Source of the DNA: Thermoanaerobaculia bacterium
Lineage (GTDB): Bacteria; Acidobacteriota; Thermoanaerobaculia; UBA5066; Gp7-AA6
Direction of reading: 5' to 3'
Assembly (NCBI GenBank): GCA_046716885.1
Contig: JBKJWL010000196.1
Coordinates: 10,722 to 74,721 of the forward strand
Length of the DNA stretch: 64,000 nt
The notes below the pieces were generated by a model, which saw only the letters and a program-made list of their open reading frames with translations, searched no databases and was not told the origin of the DNA. Numbering within the stretch: the first letter of the stretch is position 1; each line of letters starts with the position of its first letter. Of the stretch, positions 17,233 to 25,845 are shown piece after piece. The translations under genes and the position numbers were made by a program.

Positions 17233-19134
17233 GTGAAGAAGCCGGTGTTCCTTCTGGCTACGGTGCTCGCCGCCGCGCCCGGTCTCGCGAACGCGGGCGA
17301 CCTCACTGAGAGCCGCAAGAGCTTCCTCGCGGCGCGCTCGGCAATCGCCGACGGCCGCTACCAGGAGGCGCTGGCTCTCTACCGTAAGGTGCTCGTCCAG
17401 ATCCCCGCCGATCCGATCGTGCGCCTCGAGTACGGGCAGCTGCTGCGGGACCTGAACGTGATGGACGAAGCGGCGCGGGAGGCGCGCGAAGCCGTGCGGC
17501 TGGACCCCCAGCTCCCCGAAGCGCGGCGGCTACTCGGAGCGCTCGAGCTGTCGGCGGCGGAGAAGGACCCGTCCCGGCTCCCGGAGGCGATCGAGCAGCT
17601 CTCCGCGGCCCGGCGCCTCGCGCCGGCGGACATCGTGACGTCCGTGAGCCTGGCCCGCGCGCTTCTCGCCGCCGACCGGCCGGCCGAGGCCGCGGCGATC
17701 CTCGACGAGCTGCCGGAGTTCGGCAATCAGCCCATGATCCAGCGGCTGACCGCGGAGGCCAAGGCGCGGAGCGGCCGCTACAAGGAAGCCGAGGCGCTCT
17801 ACCGCGTGCTGTCCGAGGCGGATCCCGGTGACCGGGAGATTGCCGCCGCGCTGATCGACCTCTACGAGGACCAGGACAAGCTCGACCAGGCTCTCGACGT
17901 GCTGCGCAGGCTCGAGCATCGCGATCCCGACAACTCCGCGATTCCGGAGCGGATCGTGCTCGATCTAGCCCGCGCGGGCCGCTTCTCCGAGGCCGAGGAC
18001 AAGGCGCGGGAGCTGGCGGCCCGCCGCCCCGAGAATCGTGCGGCGCGGCGACTGCTCGCGACGGTGCTCTTCGAGCGCAGCGCGTCGGAGGAGGGTCGGA
18101 CGATTCTGACGAGCCTGCTCGAGGCGGACCCCGACGACATGGCCACCCGCCGCACTCTCGCGGCCGAGCTCGTGCGCGAGCGCCTCTTCGACGAGGCCCT
18201 CGCCCTGTACGACGAAATGGCGCGGCGGGCCGGCGACGATCCGCGGCGCGCAGAGACGAAACATGCCGCGGCCGTCGAGAACGGCTTCATCGCGTACCTC
18301 CGAAAGAACTGGGTCGAAGCCCGCAGGATTCTCGCGCCCCGCGCCATCGATGGGTCCCGGGTGAATCCCCGCGCGGCCCGCATTCTGCTTGCGGCCGACC
18401 GCGACGGCGAAGACTTCGCCTCCGGGCTCGCGCTCGCGAAGCTTCTCACCGCGACCGATCCGCGCGAACCGGAGTGGGCGGCCGCGGCGGCGGAATTCGC
18501 GGACCGCCTTGGCGATCGCAAGGGCGCCGAGGCGAAACTGGGGGAGCTTGCGGCCTCCGGAGACCCGGACGAGATGCTGGCGGCGGCCGACGCCTACGCG
18601 CGCCTCAAGCAGCATGCGGCGGCGGCGCGGATCGCGCGCGAGGTCGTCGCGAAGTTTCCCGAAAACACCGAGGCGCAGTTCCGGCTGGCCTCGAGCCTGG
18701 AGCGCGCCGGCGAATTCGCCGAGGGCGAGAAGGTGTTCCTCGGCCTTCTGTCCGAGCGCCCCAACGACTCCGCCGCGCAGAACTACCTCGGGTACATGTG
18801 GGCGGACAGGGGCGTGCAGCTCGAGCGCGCGCGGGACCTGCTCGAGAAGGCGGTCGCGAGAGAGCCGCGCAACGCCGCCTACCTCGACTCGCTCGGCTGG
18901 GCGTACTTCCGCCTGGGCAGGCTCGACGCCGCCGAGAAGAACCTGAGGGAGGCGCAGCGGCGCGAGCCCGGCGACCCCACGATCGTCGAGCATCTCGGGG
19001 ACCTCGAGCTCCTGCAGGGCAACATCGCCGGCGCCGTGCGCAGCTGGGAGAAGGCCCTGGAGCTCCGGCACGAGGAGCCCGAACGCGTCCGCGAAAAGCT
19101 GCAGCGCGCCCGGCCCCCCGTCTCGCAGCGGTGA
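17233..19134 (+). CDS. Secreted TPR-repeat protein
   Basis: GTG 17233 gives VKKPVFLLATVLAAAPGLANA, a signal peptide. Many TPR units follow, with recurrent A..Y/L....P.. patterns to the C-terminus. Confidence 0.8.
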   Translation: MKKPVFLLATVLAAAPGLANAGDLTESRKSFLAARSAIADGRYQEALALYRKVLVQIPADPIVRLEYGQLLRDLNVMDEAAREAREAVRLDPQLPEARRLLGALELSAAEKDPSRLPEAIEQLSAARRLAPADIVTSVSLARALLAADRPAEAAAILDELPEFGNQPMIQRLTAEAKARSGRYKEAEALYRVLSEADPGDREIAAALIDLYEDQDKLDQALDVLRRLEHRDPDNSAIPERIVLDLARAGRFSEAEDKARELAARRPENRAARRLLATVLFERSASEEGRTILTSLLEADPDDMATRRTLAAELVRERLFDEALALYDEMARRAGDDPRRAETKHAAAVENGFIAYLRKNWVEARRILAPRAIDGSRVNPRAARILLAADRDGEDFASGLALAKLLTATDPREPEWAAAAAEFADRLGDRKGAEAKLGELAASGDPDEMLAAADAYARLKQHAAAARIAREVVAKFPENTEAQFRLASSLERAGEFAEGEKVFLGLLSERPNDSAAQNYLGYMWADRGVQLERARDLLEKAVAREPRNAAYLDSLGWAYFRLGRLDAAEKNLREAQRREPGDPTIVEHLGDLELLQGNIAGAVRSWEKALELRHEEPERVREKLQRARPPVSQR

Positions 19135-19799
19135 ACGAGCGCGCCCTCGTCCGCCTCGGCGCGGTCCTTCTCGTCCCGTTTCTTTCCGCCTGCGCCGCCC
19201 GAACCGCCGCGCGCCACTTCGCTCCGGCCTCGCCCGGGCAGGTGCGCGCGGCCCTGACGGCGTGGGCCGCCGCGGCCGACCGCGCCGCGTCTCTTCCGCC
19301 CTCCCGACTGCTCTATGACGCGCGCATGGCGAGTGGCGTCGCCTCACTGCCGGGCACGCTCGCGGTCACCTACGACGGGAGGCTGATCCAGCGCGCCTCC
19401 CTGACCGGGCCCTTCGGCTCGAAGATCGCCGAGTATGTCTCCGGAACCTTCACGGGCGAAGACCGCCGGGCACTCGTCGCGGACCCGGAGGCGCTGCGGT
19501 CGGTGCTGGCCGGGACCTGGTCCGGCGTCCCGTCGGGGGTGGCCGGCTGTGACGGGGCCGAGTGCCTGCTGGTCTGGAACGGCGCGACGTCTGTCGAGGG
19601 AGTCGTGGACGTCGAGGCGTCGCAGGTTCTCTCGCTCGTGATAGCGGGGCAGTCCGGGAGGCTCGGGGTCGTGTACGACGGCGCCGCGAATCCCTGGCCC
19701 GAGCGGATCGCCCTGCGCGAGGAGCGCTCCGCGCGGAGCCTGTCCCTGCGTCTAGCGGCGATCGAGCCGCTCGACGCCCCCGGAGCGCCCGACCCATGA
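19131..19799 (+). CDS. Lipoprotein, possibly LolB-like
   Basis: GTG 19131 overlaps the TPR stop (GTGA). VNERALVRLGAVLLVPFLSAC is a signal peptide with a lipobox. Its position directly upstream of ispE mirrors lolB-ispE-prs. The function is inferred from synteny only. Confidence 0.55.
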   Translation: MNERALVRLGAVLLVPFLSACAARTAARHFAPASPGQVRAALTAWAAAADRAASLPPSRLLYDARMASGVASLPGTLAVTYDGRLIQRASLTGPFGSKIAEYVSGTFTGEDRRALVADPEALRSVLAGTWSGVPSGVAGCDGAECLLVWNGATSVEGVVDVEASQVLSLVIAGQSGRLGVVYDGAANPWPERIALREERSARSLSLRLAAIEPLDAPGAPDP

Positions 19800-20656
19800 G
19801 GCTGACTGCGATGGCCCCGGCGAAGATCAACCGGGAGCTCCGCGTCGGACGGCTCCGGGCGGACGGCTACCACGAGATCCGCTCGCGCATCGTCACGATC
19901 GATCTCGCGGACGGGATCAGCGCGGAGCCCGCCGATCGACTCGCGCTCTCCTGCGACGATCCGGCCGTCCCGTCCGGCGCCGAGAATCTGGTCGTCCGTG
20001 CCGCGGAACTGCTGGCGAGAGACGCGCGGATCGCGGCCCGCGCGCTGCTGACCCTCGACAAGCGCGTGCCGATGGGAGGCGGTCTCGGCGGTGGAAGCGC
20101 GGACGCGGCGGTCGCTCTGCTCCTGCTCGACCGACTGTGGAACCTCCAGACGCCGGACGACCGGCTCCGGGGCCTCGCGGCCCAGCTCGGAAGCGACGTG
20201 CCGTTCTTTCTTACTGGAGGAGAGGCCGAAGTGTCGGGGCGCGGAGAGATTGTGACCCCGGTAGAGGACAGTCCTTCCAAGGACCTGATCCTCCTTGTCC
20301 CGCCGTTCTCCGTCTCGACGGCGGCCGTGTATCGCGAATACGCGGGGCGGGGAACCCTTCCCGAGCGTCTGGAAATTTCCTCCGGAACCGGGTGCCGGTT
20401 TCTCGGGCAAAACGACTTGGCACCGGCCGTGCTACGGATAGAGCCTCGGATGGAGCCATATCTGGCAGCCGCCGCCGCGATCACGGGCGACTGGGTAATC
20501 AGCGGGTCCGGGGCGACGATCGTTCTGCACGGGGTTCGGCCGGGCGAGATGAAACGTCTCTCGGCCAGCGTGCCGTACGCGCGGGTGATCGCGTGCCGCA
20601 CCCTGTCGCGGCCGGAATACCGGACTCGGGTGGGCTCCCCGGGAGGTCCGTCATGA
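19796..20656 (+). CDS. ispE: 4-diphosphocytidyl-2-C-methyl-D-erythritol kinase
   Basis: APAKINRELRV N-terminus and GHMP kinase motif PMGGGLGGGSADAA. ATGA overlap with the upstream gene. Confidence 0.9.
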   Translation: MRLTAMAPAKINRELRVGRLRADGYHEIRSRIVTIDLADGISAEPADRLALSCDDPAVPSGAENLVVRAAELLARDARIAARALLTLDKRVPMGGGLGGGSADAAVALLLLDRLWNLQTPDDRLRGLAAQLGSDVPFFLTGGEAEVSGRGEIVTPVEDSPSKDLILLVPPFSVSTAAVYREYAGRGTLPERLEISSGTGCRFLGQNDLAPAVLRIEPRMEPYLAAAAAITGDWVISGSGATIVLHGVRPGEMKRLSASVPYARVIACRTLSRPEYRTRVGSPGGPS

Positions 20657-20976
20657 ATATCACGCAGGTCAAGGTGTTTCCCGTGACCGAAGAGAAGCTC
20701 AAGGCCTACGTCTCCATCGTGCTCGATAATTGCTTTCTCGTCTCCGATCTGAAGGTGATCCAGGGGCCCAACGGTCTCTTCGTCTCGATGCCCTCGAAGC
20801 GGAAGAAGAACGGCGAGTTCAAGGATGTCGCTCATCCCCTGAATCGGGAAACCCGCGAAATGATGGAGCGCCGCATCCTCGCCGAGTACGAAAAGGCGAC
20901 TGTCGCCTCGCCCCCCGGCGCTCCGCCTCCGGCAGAAGCCCTTCTCAGTCCCGCGGAAAACGAAGCCGCGGGGTAA
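20653..20976 (+). CDS. spoVG: SpoVG family protein
   Basis: MNITQVKVFPVTEEKLKAYVSIVLDNCFLVSDLKVIQGPNGLFVSMPS is the canonical SpoVG sequence. ATGA overlap with ispE. Confidence 0.9.
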   Translation: MNITQVKVFPVTEEKLKAYVSIVLDNCFLVSDLKVIQGPNGLFVSMPSKRKKNGEFKDVAHPLNRETREMMERRILAEYEKATVASPPGAPPPAEALLSPAENEAAG

Positions 20977-20988
20977 AATCGTCGGGAT

Positions 20989-21064
20989 TGGGGCGTCGCC
21001 AAACTGGTAAGGCACCGGCCTTTGGAGCCGGCATTTCTAGGTTCGAGTCCTAGCGCCCCAGCCA
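20989..21064 (+). tRNA. tRNA-Gln (anticodon UUG), CCA encoded
   Basis: Acceptor stem TGGGGCG/CGCCCCA, anticodon stem CCGGC/GCCGG with loop CTTTGGA, and T-arm GGTTCGAGTCC. The sequence is near-identical in layout to E. coli tRNA-Gln. Confidence 0.9.
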
Positions 21065-21174
21065 AACGCGTTTGCACTGATCGTGATCGTCGTCGAGAGC
21101 CGCGAGCGGAGGTGCACGTCGGCTCGTTCTGATGGCTACCGCGCGGTCGATGGACCGCGTACAATCTCGCTCGC

Positions 21175-22134
21175 TTGGCCACGCACGCCTTCAACTACGG
21201 CGACCTGAAAATCTTCTCGGGACGCGCTCACCCGGCGCTCGCGCAGGAGATCTGCGCGTATCTCGGGATCCCGCTCGGCGAGCTCACGCTCTACAACTTT
21301 TCCGACGGCGAGGACTACTGCCAGATCGACGAGAACGTCCGCGGCGCCGACGTGTTCGTGATTCAACCGACGTGCTCGCCGGTCAACGACCACATGATGG
21401 AGCTGCTGATCCTGCTGGACGCGTTCCGGCGGTCGTCGGCCTCGCGCATCACGGCGGTCCTGCCGTACTTCGGCTACGCGCGGCAGGACAAGAAGGACAA
21501 GCCGCGCGTTCCGATCGCGGCCAAGCTCATGGCCGACCTGCTGACCGCCTCCGGCGCGGACCGCATCCTGACCATGGACTTGCACACCGCCCAGATCCAG
21601 GGGTTTTTCAACATTCCGGTGGATCATCTCTTCGCGGCGCCCGTTCTGCTGGACGCCATCCGGAAGCTCGAGCTCGACGATCTCGTCATCGTGTCGCCGG
21701 ACGTCGGCGGCCTGACGCGGGCAAGGGCAATCGCCAAGCGCCTGGACGCTTCCCTCGCCGTCATCGACAAGCGCCGGACCGGCAAGAACGAGACTGAGAT
21801 CTTGAACGTCGTCGGCGAGGTCGAGGGCAAGGACGTTCTGATCCTCGACGACATCGTGGACACCGCCGGAACCCTGGTCCAGGCCGAGGAGGCCCTGCGC
21901 CGTCAGGGGGCCAGTCGCACCTTCGCCGCCGCTGTCCACGGGGTCTTCTCGGGCCCGGCGCTCGACCGGATCGAGGCCTCCGGACTGGAGTCCCTGCTCG
22001 TCACCAACACCATTCCGGTTGAGGCCGCGATGGCCCGATGCCCCCGGATCCGGGCACTCTCGGTCGCCCCCCTGCTGGGGGAGGCCATCCAGCGAATCCA
22101 CGACGGGGCTTCCGTTTCTTCGCTTTTTGTGTAG
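21175..22134 (+). CDS. prs: Ribose-phosphate pyrophosphokinase
   Basis: LKIFSGRAHPALAQEI, DLHTAQIQGFF and VSPDVGG motifs. TTG start per the track. Confidence 0.95.
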   Translation: MATHAFNYGDLKIFSGRAHPALAQEICAYLGIPLGELTLYNFSDGEDYCQIDENVRGADVFVIQPTCSPVNDHMMELLILLDAFRRSSASRITAVLPYFGYARQDKKDKPRVPIAAKLMADLLTASGADRILTMDLHTAQIQGFFNIPVDHLFAAPVLLDAIRKLELDDLVIVSPDVGGLTRARAIAKRLDASLAVIDKRRTGKNETEILNVVGEVEGKDVLILDDIVDTAGTLVQAEEALRRQGASRTFAAAVHGVFSGPALDRIEASGLESLLVTNTIPVEAAMARCPRIRALSVAPLLGEAIQRIHDGASVSSLFV

Positions 22135-22174
22135 AATCCGCCTCTTTGCGCGGGACTTCCGCGCGGAGTAGGCC

Positions 22175-22867
22175 ATGAAAACGATCGAACTCAGCGTCGA
22201 GAAACGCTCGACGACCGGCAAGGGGGAAGCCCGGCGCACGCGCGGGGCCGGCCGGATCCCGGGCGTCGTGTACGGCGCGGGAAAGCCCACCGTCCCGATC
22301 TCGCTCGACCGCAAGGCCCTCGCGGACCTCTTTCGCGAAGGGGCCGGCGAGAATGCCATCTTCCTGTTGAAGCTCGCCGGGTCCGACCAGAGCCGACACG
22401 CGATGATCCGCGAGCTCCAGCGGGATCCAGTTTCTCGCAAGCCCCTGCACATCGACTTCGTGCGCGTCCTCATGGACGTCAAGGTCACGGTCGAGGTCCC
22501 CGTCGAAATCGTCGGGGTCGCCCGCGGCGTGAAGACCGACGGCGGCGTCCTCGACCTCGTCACGCGCGAAATAGAGATCGAGTGCCTTCCTTCGAACATC
22601 CCGGCGCACATCGCCGTGGACGTGAGCGAGCTCGGAATCGGAGACGCCATCCGCGTCTCCGACCTCCCGCCCATCGAGGGCGTCCGGATCGTGGACAACC
22701 CCGAGAAGGTCGTCGTCCACGTCGCCCACCCGACGCGTGAAGAGGAGCCGGTCGCCGCCGTGGCCGAGGGCGCCGCCGAGCCGGCCGAGCCCGAGGTCCT
22801 GAAGAAGGGCAAGGCCGTGGCCGAGGACGAAGAGGAAGAGAAGAAGGAGAAGGAAAAGGAGAAGTAG
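22175..22867 (+). CDS. ctc: 50S ribosomal protein L25 / general stress protein Ctc
   Basis: L25/Ctc N-terminal and beta-barrel domains (GRIPGVVYG) with an acidic/Lys C-terminal tail. Sits in prs-ctc-pth synteny. Confidence 0.9.
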   Translation: MKTIELSVEKRSTTGKGEARRTRGAGRIPGVVYGAGKPTVPISLDRKALADLFREGAGENAIFLLKLAGSDQSRHAMIRELQRDPVSRKPLHIDFVRVLMDVKVTVEVPVEIVGVARGVKTDGGVLDLVTREIEIECLPSNIPAHIAVDVSELGIGDAIRVSDLPPIEGVRIVDNPEKVVVHVAHPTREEEPVAAVAEGAAEPAEPEVLKKGKAVAEDEEEEKKEKEKEK

Positions 22868-22870
22868 CCT

Positions 22871-23470
22871 CTGCGCGCGATCGTCGGCCTCGGGAACCCG
22901 GGGGACGACTACGAAACCAGCCGCCACAACGCGGGGTTTCGCGTCGTCGAGGCGCTGGCGGTGGAGGCGGGAATACGGATCCGGTCGCGCGAATGCTCTT
23001 CGCGCGTGGGCCGGGGAAGGATCGGGGAGGCCGCGGTGCTCCTCGCCCTTCCGCAAACGTTCATGAACGCCTCGGGCGAGGCGGTTCGAGCTCTTTCTCA
23101 AAAGCACAGCGTCGACCCTTCGGAGCTCTGCGTCGTCGTCGACGACATCGACCTCCCTCTCGGGACCCTGCGCCTGCGGGCGCGCGGCTCTGCCGGAGGA
23201 CAGAAAGGGCTTCGATCGGTCATCGCGCACCTCGGCTCAACCGAGTTCCCTCGCCTGCGGGTGGGGATCCGGGGCGATCGATATTCCCGGCAGCGGGACC
23301 TCGCGGACTACGTCCTCGAGCCGATCCCGAAGGCCGAGCGCGAATTATTCGAAGTGAGCGTCGAGAGGGCCGTGGAGGCCCTCCGGCTCTGGCTGACGCA
23401 AGGGATCGACGCCGCAATGCGGCGAGCGAATCATTCACCTTCCTCTCCGGGCCGCCTCGACCCGGATTGA
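22871..23470 (+). CDS. pth: Peptidyl-tRNA hydrolase (non-canonical start)
   Basis: The track start (GTG 22961) would remove LRAIVGLGNPGDDYETSRHNAGFRVVEALA, the conserved Pth N-terminus that includes the catalytic His. CTG 22871 is the only start-like codon after the in-frame ctc TAG at 22865..22867. Confidence 0.85.
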   Translation: MRAIVGLGNPGDDYETSRHNAGFRVVEALAVEAGIRIRSRECSSRVGRGRIGEAAVLLALPQTFMNASGEAVRALSQKHSVDPSELCVVVDDIDLPLGTLRLRARGSAGGQKGLRSVIAHLGSTEFPRLRVGIRGDRYSRQRDLADYVLEPIPKAERELFEVSVERAVEALRLWLTQGIDAAMRRANHSPSSPGRLDPD

Positions 23471-23489
23471 CATCCAAGAGGAGAAAACC

Positions 23490-23906
23490 ATGAGGCTGTA
23501 CGACATCGTCGTGCTGGTCACCCCTGACCTGACCGACGACGACGCGGCGAAAGTCGCGGGCGAATACAAGAAGATCCTGGTCGACGGTGGGGCGACCGTC
23601 GTCAAGGAAGAGCCGTGGGGCAAGCGCCGGCTCGCCTTCCCCATCCTGAGAAAGCGCGAAGCCCATTACGTGTACTGGCAGGTCGAAGCGCCCCCGGCCG
23701 CGGTGGCCGAGGCCGAGCGCCGCATGGGGCTCTCGGACCAGGTGCTGCGGCACCTCGCCGTCCGCGTCGACGAAGAGCTCAAGCGCGCCGGCAAGATGGC
23801 CGAGCGCCTGAAGGTCAAGGCGGCCAAGCGTCCGCCTCGCCCGCCGGCCCCGCCCGCGGAGACGCCGGCCGAGAGCGCCGTTCCCGCCGAAAGGAGCCAG
23901 TCATGA
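23490..23906 (+). CDS. rpsF: 30S ribosomal protein S6
   Basis: [10 protein letters not shown]...[10 protein letters not shown]...AHYVYW is the S6 signature. A GAGGAG SD lies upstream. Confidence 0.95.
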   Translation: MRLYDIVVLVTPDLTDDDAAKVAGEYKKILVDGGATVVKEEPWGKRRLAFPILRKREAHYVYWQVEAPPAAVAEAERRMGLSDQVLRHLAVRVDEELKRAGKMAERLKVKAAKRPPRPPAPPAETPAESAVPAERSQS

Positions 23907-24214
23907 GGATGGGCGGAGGGGGCGGAGGATCCGGTCGGGGCCCGGCAGGCCGGGGAGCGGCCGCGGGACGCGACGGCAAGGCCGGCCCGCGCAAGAAGTT
24001 CTTCGTGCGCCGCCGGAAGGTCTGCAAGTTCTGTGCGGAGAAGCTCGAGTACATCGACTGGAAGGACGTCAAGCTCCTGCAGGGATTCATACCGGAGCGG
24101 GGCAAGATCCTTCCCCGGCGCATCTCGGGAACCTGCGCGCTCCACCAGCGCAAGCTGCAGACGGCCATCAAGCGCGCCCGCTCGATCGCGCTGCTGCCGT
24201 ACGCGACGGATTAG
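23903..24214 (+). CDS. rpsR: 30S ribosomal protein S18 (Gly/Arg-rich N-terminal extension)
   Basis: [57 protein letters not shown] overlap with rpsF and an AAGGAG SD. Confidence 0.95.
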   Translation: MRMGGGGGGSGRGPAGRGAAAGRDGKAGPRKKFFVRRRKVCKFCAEKLEYIDWKDVKLLQGFIPERGKILPRRISGTCALHQRKLQTAIKRARSIALLPYATD

Positions 24215-24232
24215 ATCCCCTTGGGTCGGTAG

Positions 24233-24305
24233 ACGGAAAACGGGAAACGCGAAACGGGAGACGGTCGATCTATCCCGGCTTCGTCGTCCGTCCTTCGTCT
24301 TGCGT
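24233..24305. repeat. Two inverted arrays of about 4 heptamers (ACGRRRR) between rpsR and the DUF2232 gene
   Basis: The left array is ACGGAAA ACGGGAA ACGCGAA ACGGGAG ACGG. The reverse complement of the right array reads ACGCAAG ACGAAGG ACGGACG ACGAAGC. They are separated by TCGATCTATC. Confidence 0.6.
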
Positions 24306-24316
24306 CCCCAGAGCCC

Positions 24317-25306
24317 ATGACAACTCCCGAAGCTCTCGCCGAGACTTCTCCTCCCGGAATGGGCCGCTTCGAGATTCCACTCGCGGCGCTCGCGGCCGCC
24401 GGCGCCTTCTCGGCGCTCTTCGTGGTGCCCCTGTTCGGCGCGCTCGGCGTTCCTTTCGCCGCCGTCCCCGTCGTGCGCCTCGCCCACCGCCGAGGCATCG
24501 TGGCGGCGATGCTGGCCTGCGCCCTGGCCGCCGCGATCGTTCTCGGACTCGGTTGGTCGACGGGAGGGCCCGGAGCCGGTCTGGCCATGGCCTTCCTCGC
24601 CGCGGGCGTGACGGCGCTGCCGACGGCGAGCGTCGGGTTTCTGAGGGCGGGGGTCGACCCGTCCCGCTGTTACCTCGGGCTCTGCATCGCGGGCTGCGCG
24701 TTCTTGTCGGCGACCTTCACGGTCTCCTCAAGCGGCCCCGGACCCTCGGTTTCCGCCGAAGTCGCCTCGACGTTCGACCGCCTGATACCGGCGGCCGTCG
24801 AGTCCTACTCCCGGTCGGGCGCCGATGCGGAGACGGTCGCCCGGATGCGGCAGACCCTGGAGGCGGCGAGGGAGTTTGCCCGACGCTACCTGTGGGGGAT
24901 CTTTGGTGCGCTCTGGGTCCTGGGCGGTGCCGTCGCCTTCTACGCCGGCGCCCGGAGCGCCCGGCCGACCCCGACGGCCGAGGCCGCCCGTTTCGAGACA
25001 CTGCGCGTTCCGGCCGCGGCGGCGGGACTCTTCGTGGCCACCGGAGCGGCGTTTGGCCTCCTGCACGGGGAGGGCAGGCGCCTGGCCGGCAACCTGCTCC
25101 TGCCGCTCCTGGCCTTGTTTTTCGTGACGGGTCTCTCTATCATCTGCCACTTCTTCCGCAGATGGTTCCGGATCCGGATTCTGCGGGCGGGTCTGTATGC
25201 CCTGGCCGCCTACTTTCCGATCAACGTCGGGGTGGCGCTCCTGGGACTCTTCGACTGGTACGTAGATTTCCGCCGACGGGGCGAGGGAGTAATCGAGAAG
25301 TCATGA
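24317..25306 (+). CDS. DUF2232 (YybS-like) membrane protein
   Basis: Multi-TM protein located between rpsR and rplI, as yybS is in Bacillus. Family assignment rests on architecture and synteny. Confidence 0.6.
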   Translation: MTTPEALAETSPPGMGRFEIPLAALAAAGAFSALFVVPLFGALGVPFAAVPVVRLAHRRGIVAAMLACALAAAIVLGLGWSTGGPGAGLAMAFLAAGVTALPTASVGFLRAGVDPSRCYLGLCIAGCAFLSATFTVSSSGPGPSVSAEVASTFDRLIPAAVESYSRSGADAETVARMRQTLEAAREFARRYLWGIFGALWVLGGAVAFYAGARSARPTPTAEAARFETLRVPAAAAGLFVATGAAFGLLHGEGRRLAGNLLLPLLALFFVTGLSIICHFFRRWFRIRILRAGLYALAAYFPINVGVALLGLFDWYVDFRRRGEGVIEKS

Positions 25307-25761
25307 AAGTCATTCTGGCCGACGACATCCGCGGGCTCGGACACCGGGGCGAAACGGTCACGGTCAAACCCGGCTACGCGCGCAACTACCTCTTCCCGCT
25401 GGGAATCGCCTGGGAGGCGACGGACGCCAACGTGCGCCGGCTCTCGGAGGAAAGGAAGAAGTACGACGAGAAGACGCTCCGCGAGAAGGGCGTCGCCGAA
25501 GAAGTGGCCCGGAAGGTCGAGGGCACGACCGTCGTGATTTCCAAGAAGGCGGGCGAAGAGAACCAGCTCTACGGTTCCGTGACCGCCGCCGAGATTGCTG
25601 ACGCGCTGTCGGCCAAGGGAATCGACGTGGATCGGCGGCGCGTCGAGCTGGCCGAGCCCATTCGCCGGCTGGGGTCTCATACCGTGCACGTCCGTCTCCA
25701 CCGGGACGTCGTCGCGACACTGAACGTGGAGGTCCAGTCCTCGAGCGCCGCCGCCTCCTAG
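25303..25761 (+). CDS. rplI: 50S ribosomal protein L9
   Basis: MKVILADDIRGLGHRGETVTVKPGYARNYLFP is the canonical L9 N-terminus. ATGA overlap with the upstream gene. Confidence 0.95.
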   Translation: MKVILADDIRGLGHRGETVTVKPGYARNYLFPLGIAWEATDANVRRLSEERKKYDEKTLREKGVAEEVARKVEGTTVVISKKAGEENQLYGSVTAAEIADALSAKGIDVDRRRVELAEPIRRLGSHTVHVRLHRDVVATLNVEVQSSSAAAS

Positions 25762-25783
25762 CGCTGGCGCCCGGGCCCCGCGG

Positions 25784-25830
25784 CGCAACCGGCCTGGTGG
25801 CGGCGGGGCTCGGGATTCTCGCCGGTTGCG
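25784..25830. terminator. 10-bp perfect hairpin between the convergent rplI and PBP1A genes
   Basis: CGCAACCGGC (25784..25793) and GCCGGTTGCG (25821..25830) are exact reverse complements with a 27-nt loop. No U-tract follows. Confidence 0.35.
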
Positions 25831-25845
25831 TTGGCTCAGGACGGA

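Noticed and set aside
21159-21164. TACAAT as a -10 box for prs
   Set aside because: No acceptable -35 lies at 16-18 nt spacing, and the hexamer sits only 10 nt from the TTG start. A hexamer match alone is not enough.
22865-22867. The TAG between ctc and pth as a recoded (for example pyrrolysine) codon
   Set aside because: No pyl genes or other evidence for recoding are present in the window. CTG reinitiation is the simpler explanation, and readthrough is kept only as an alternative in the finding.
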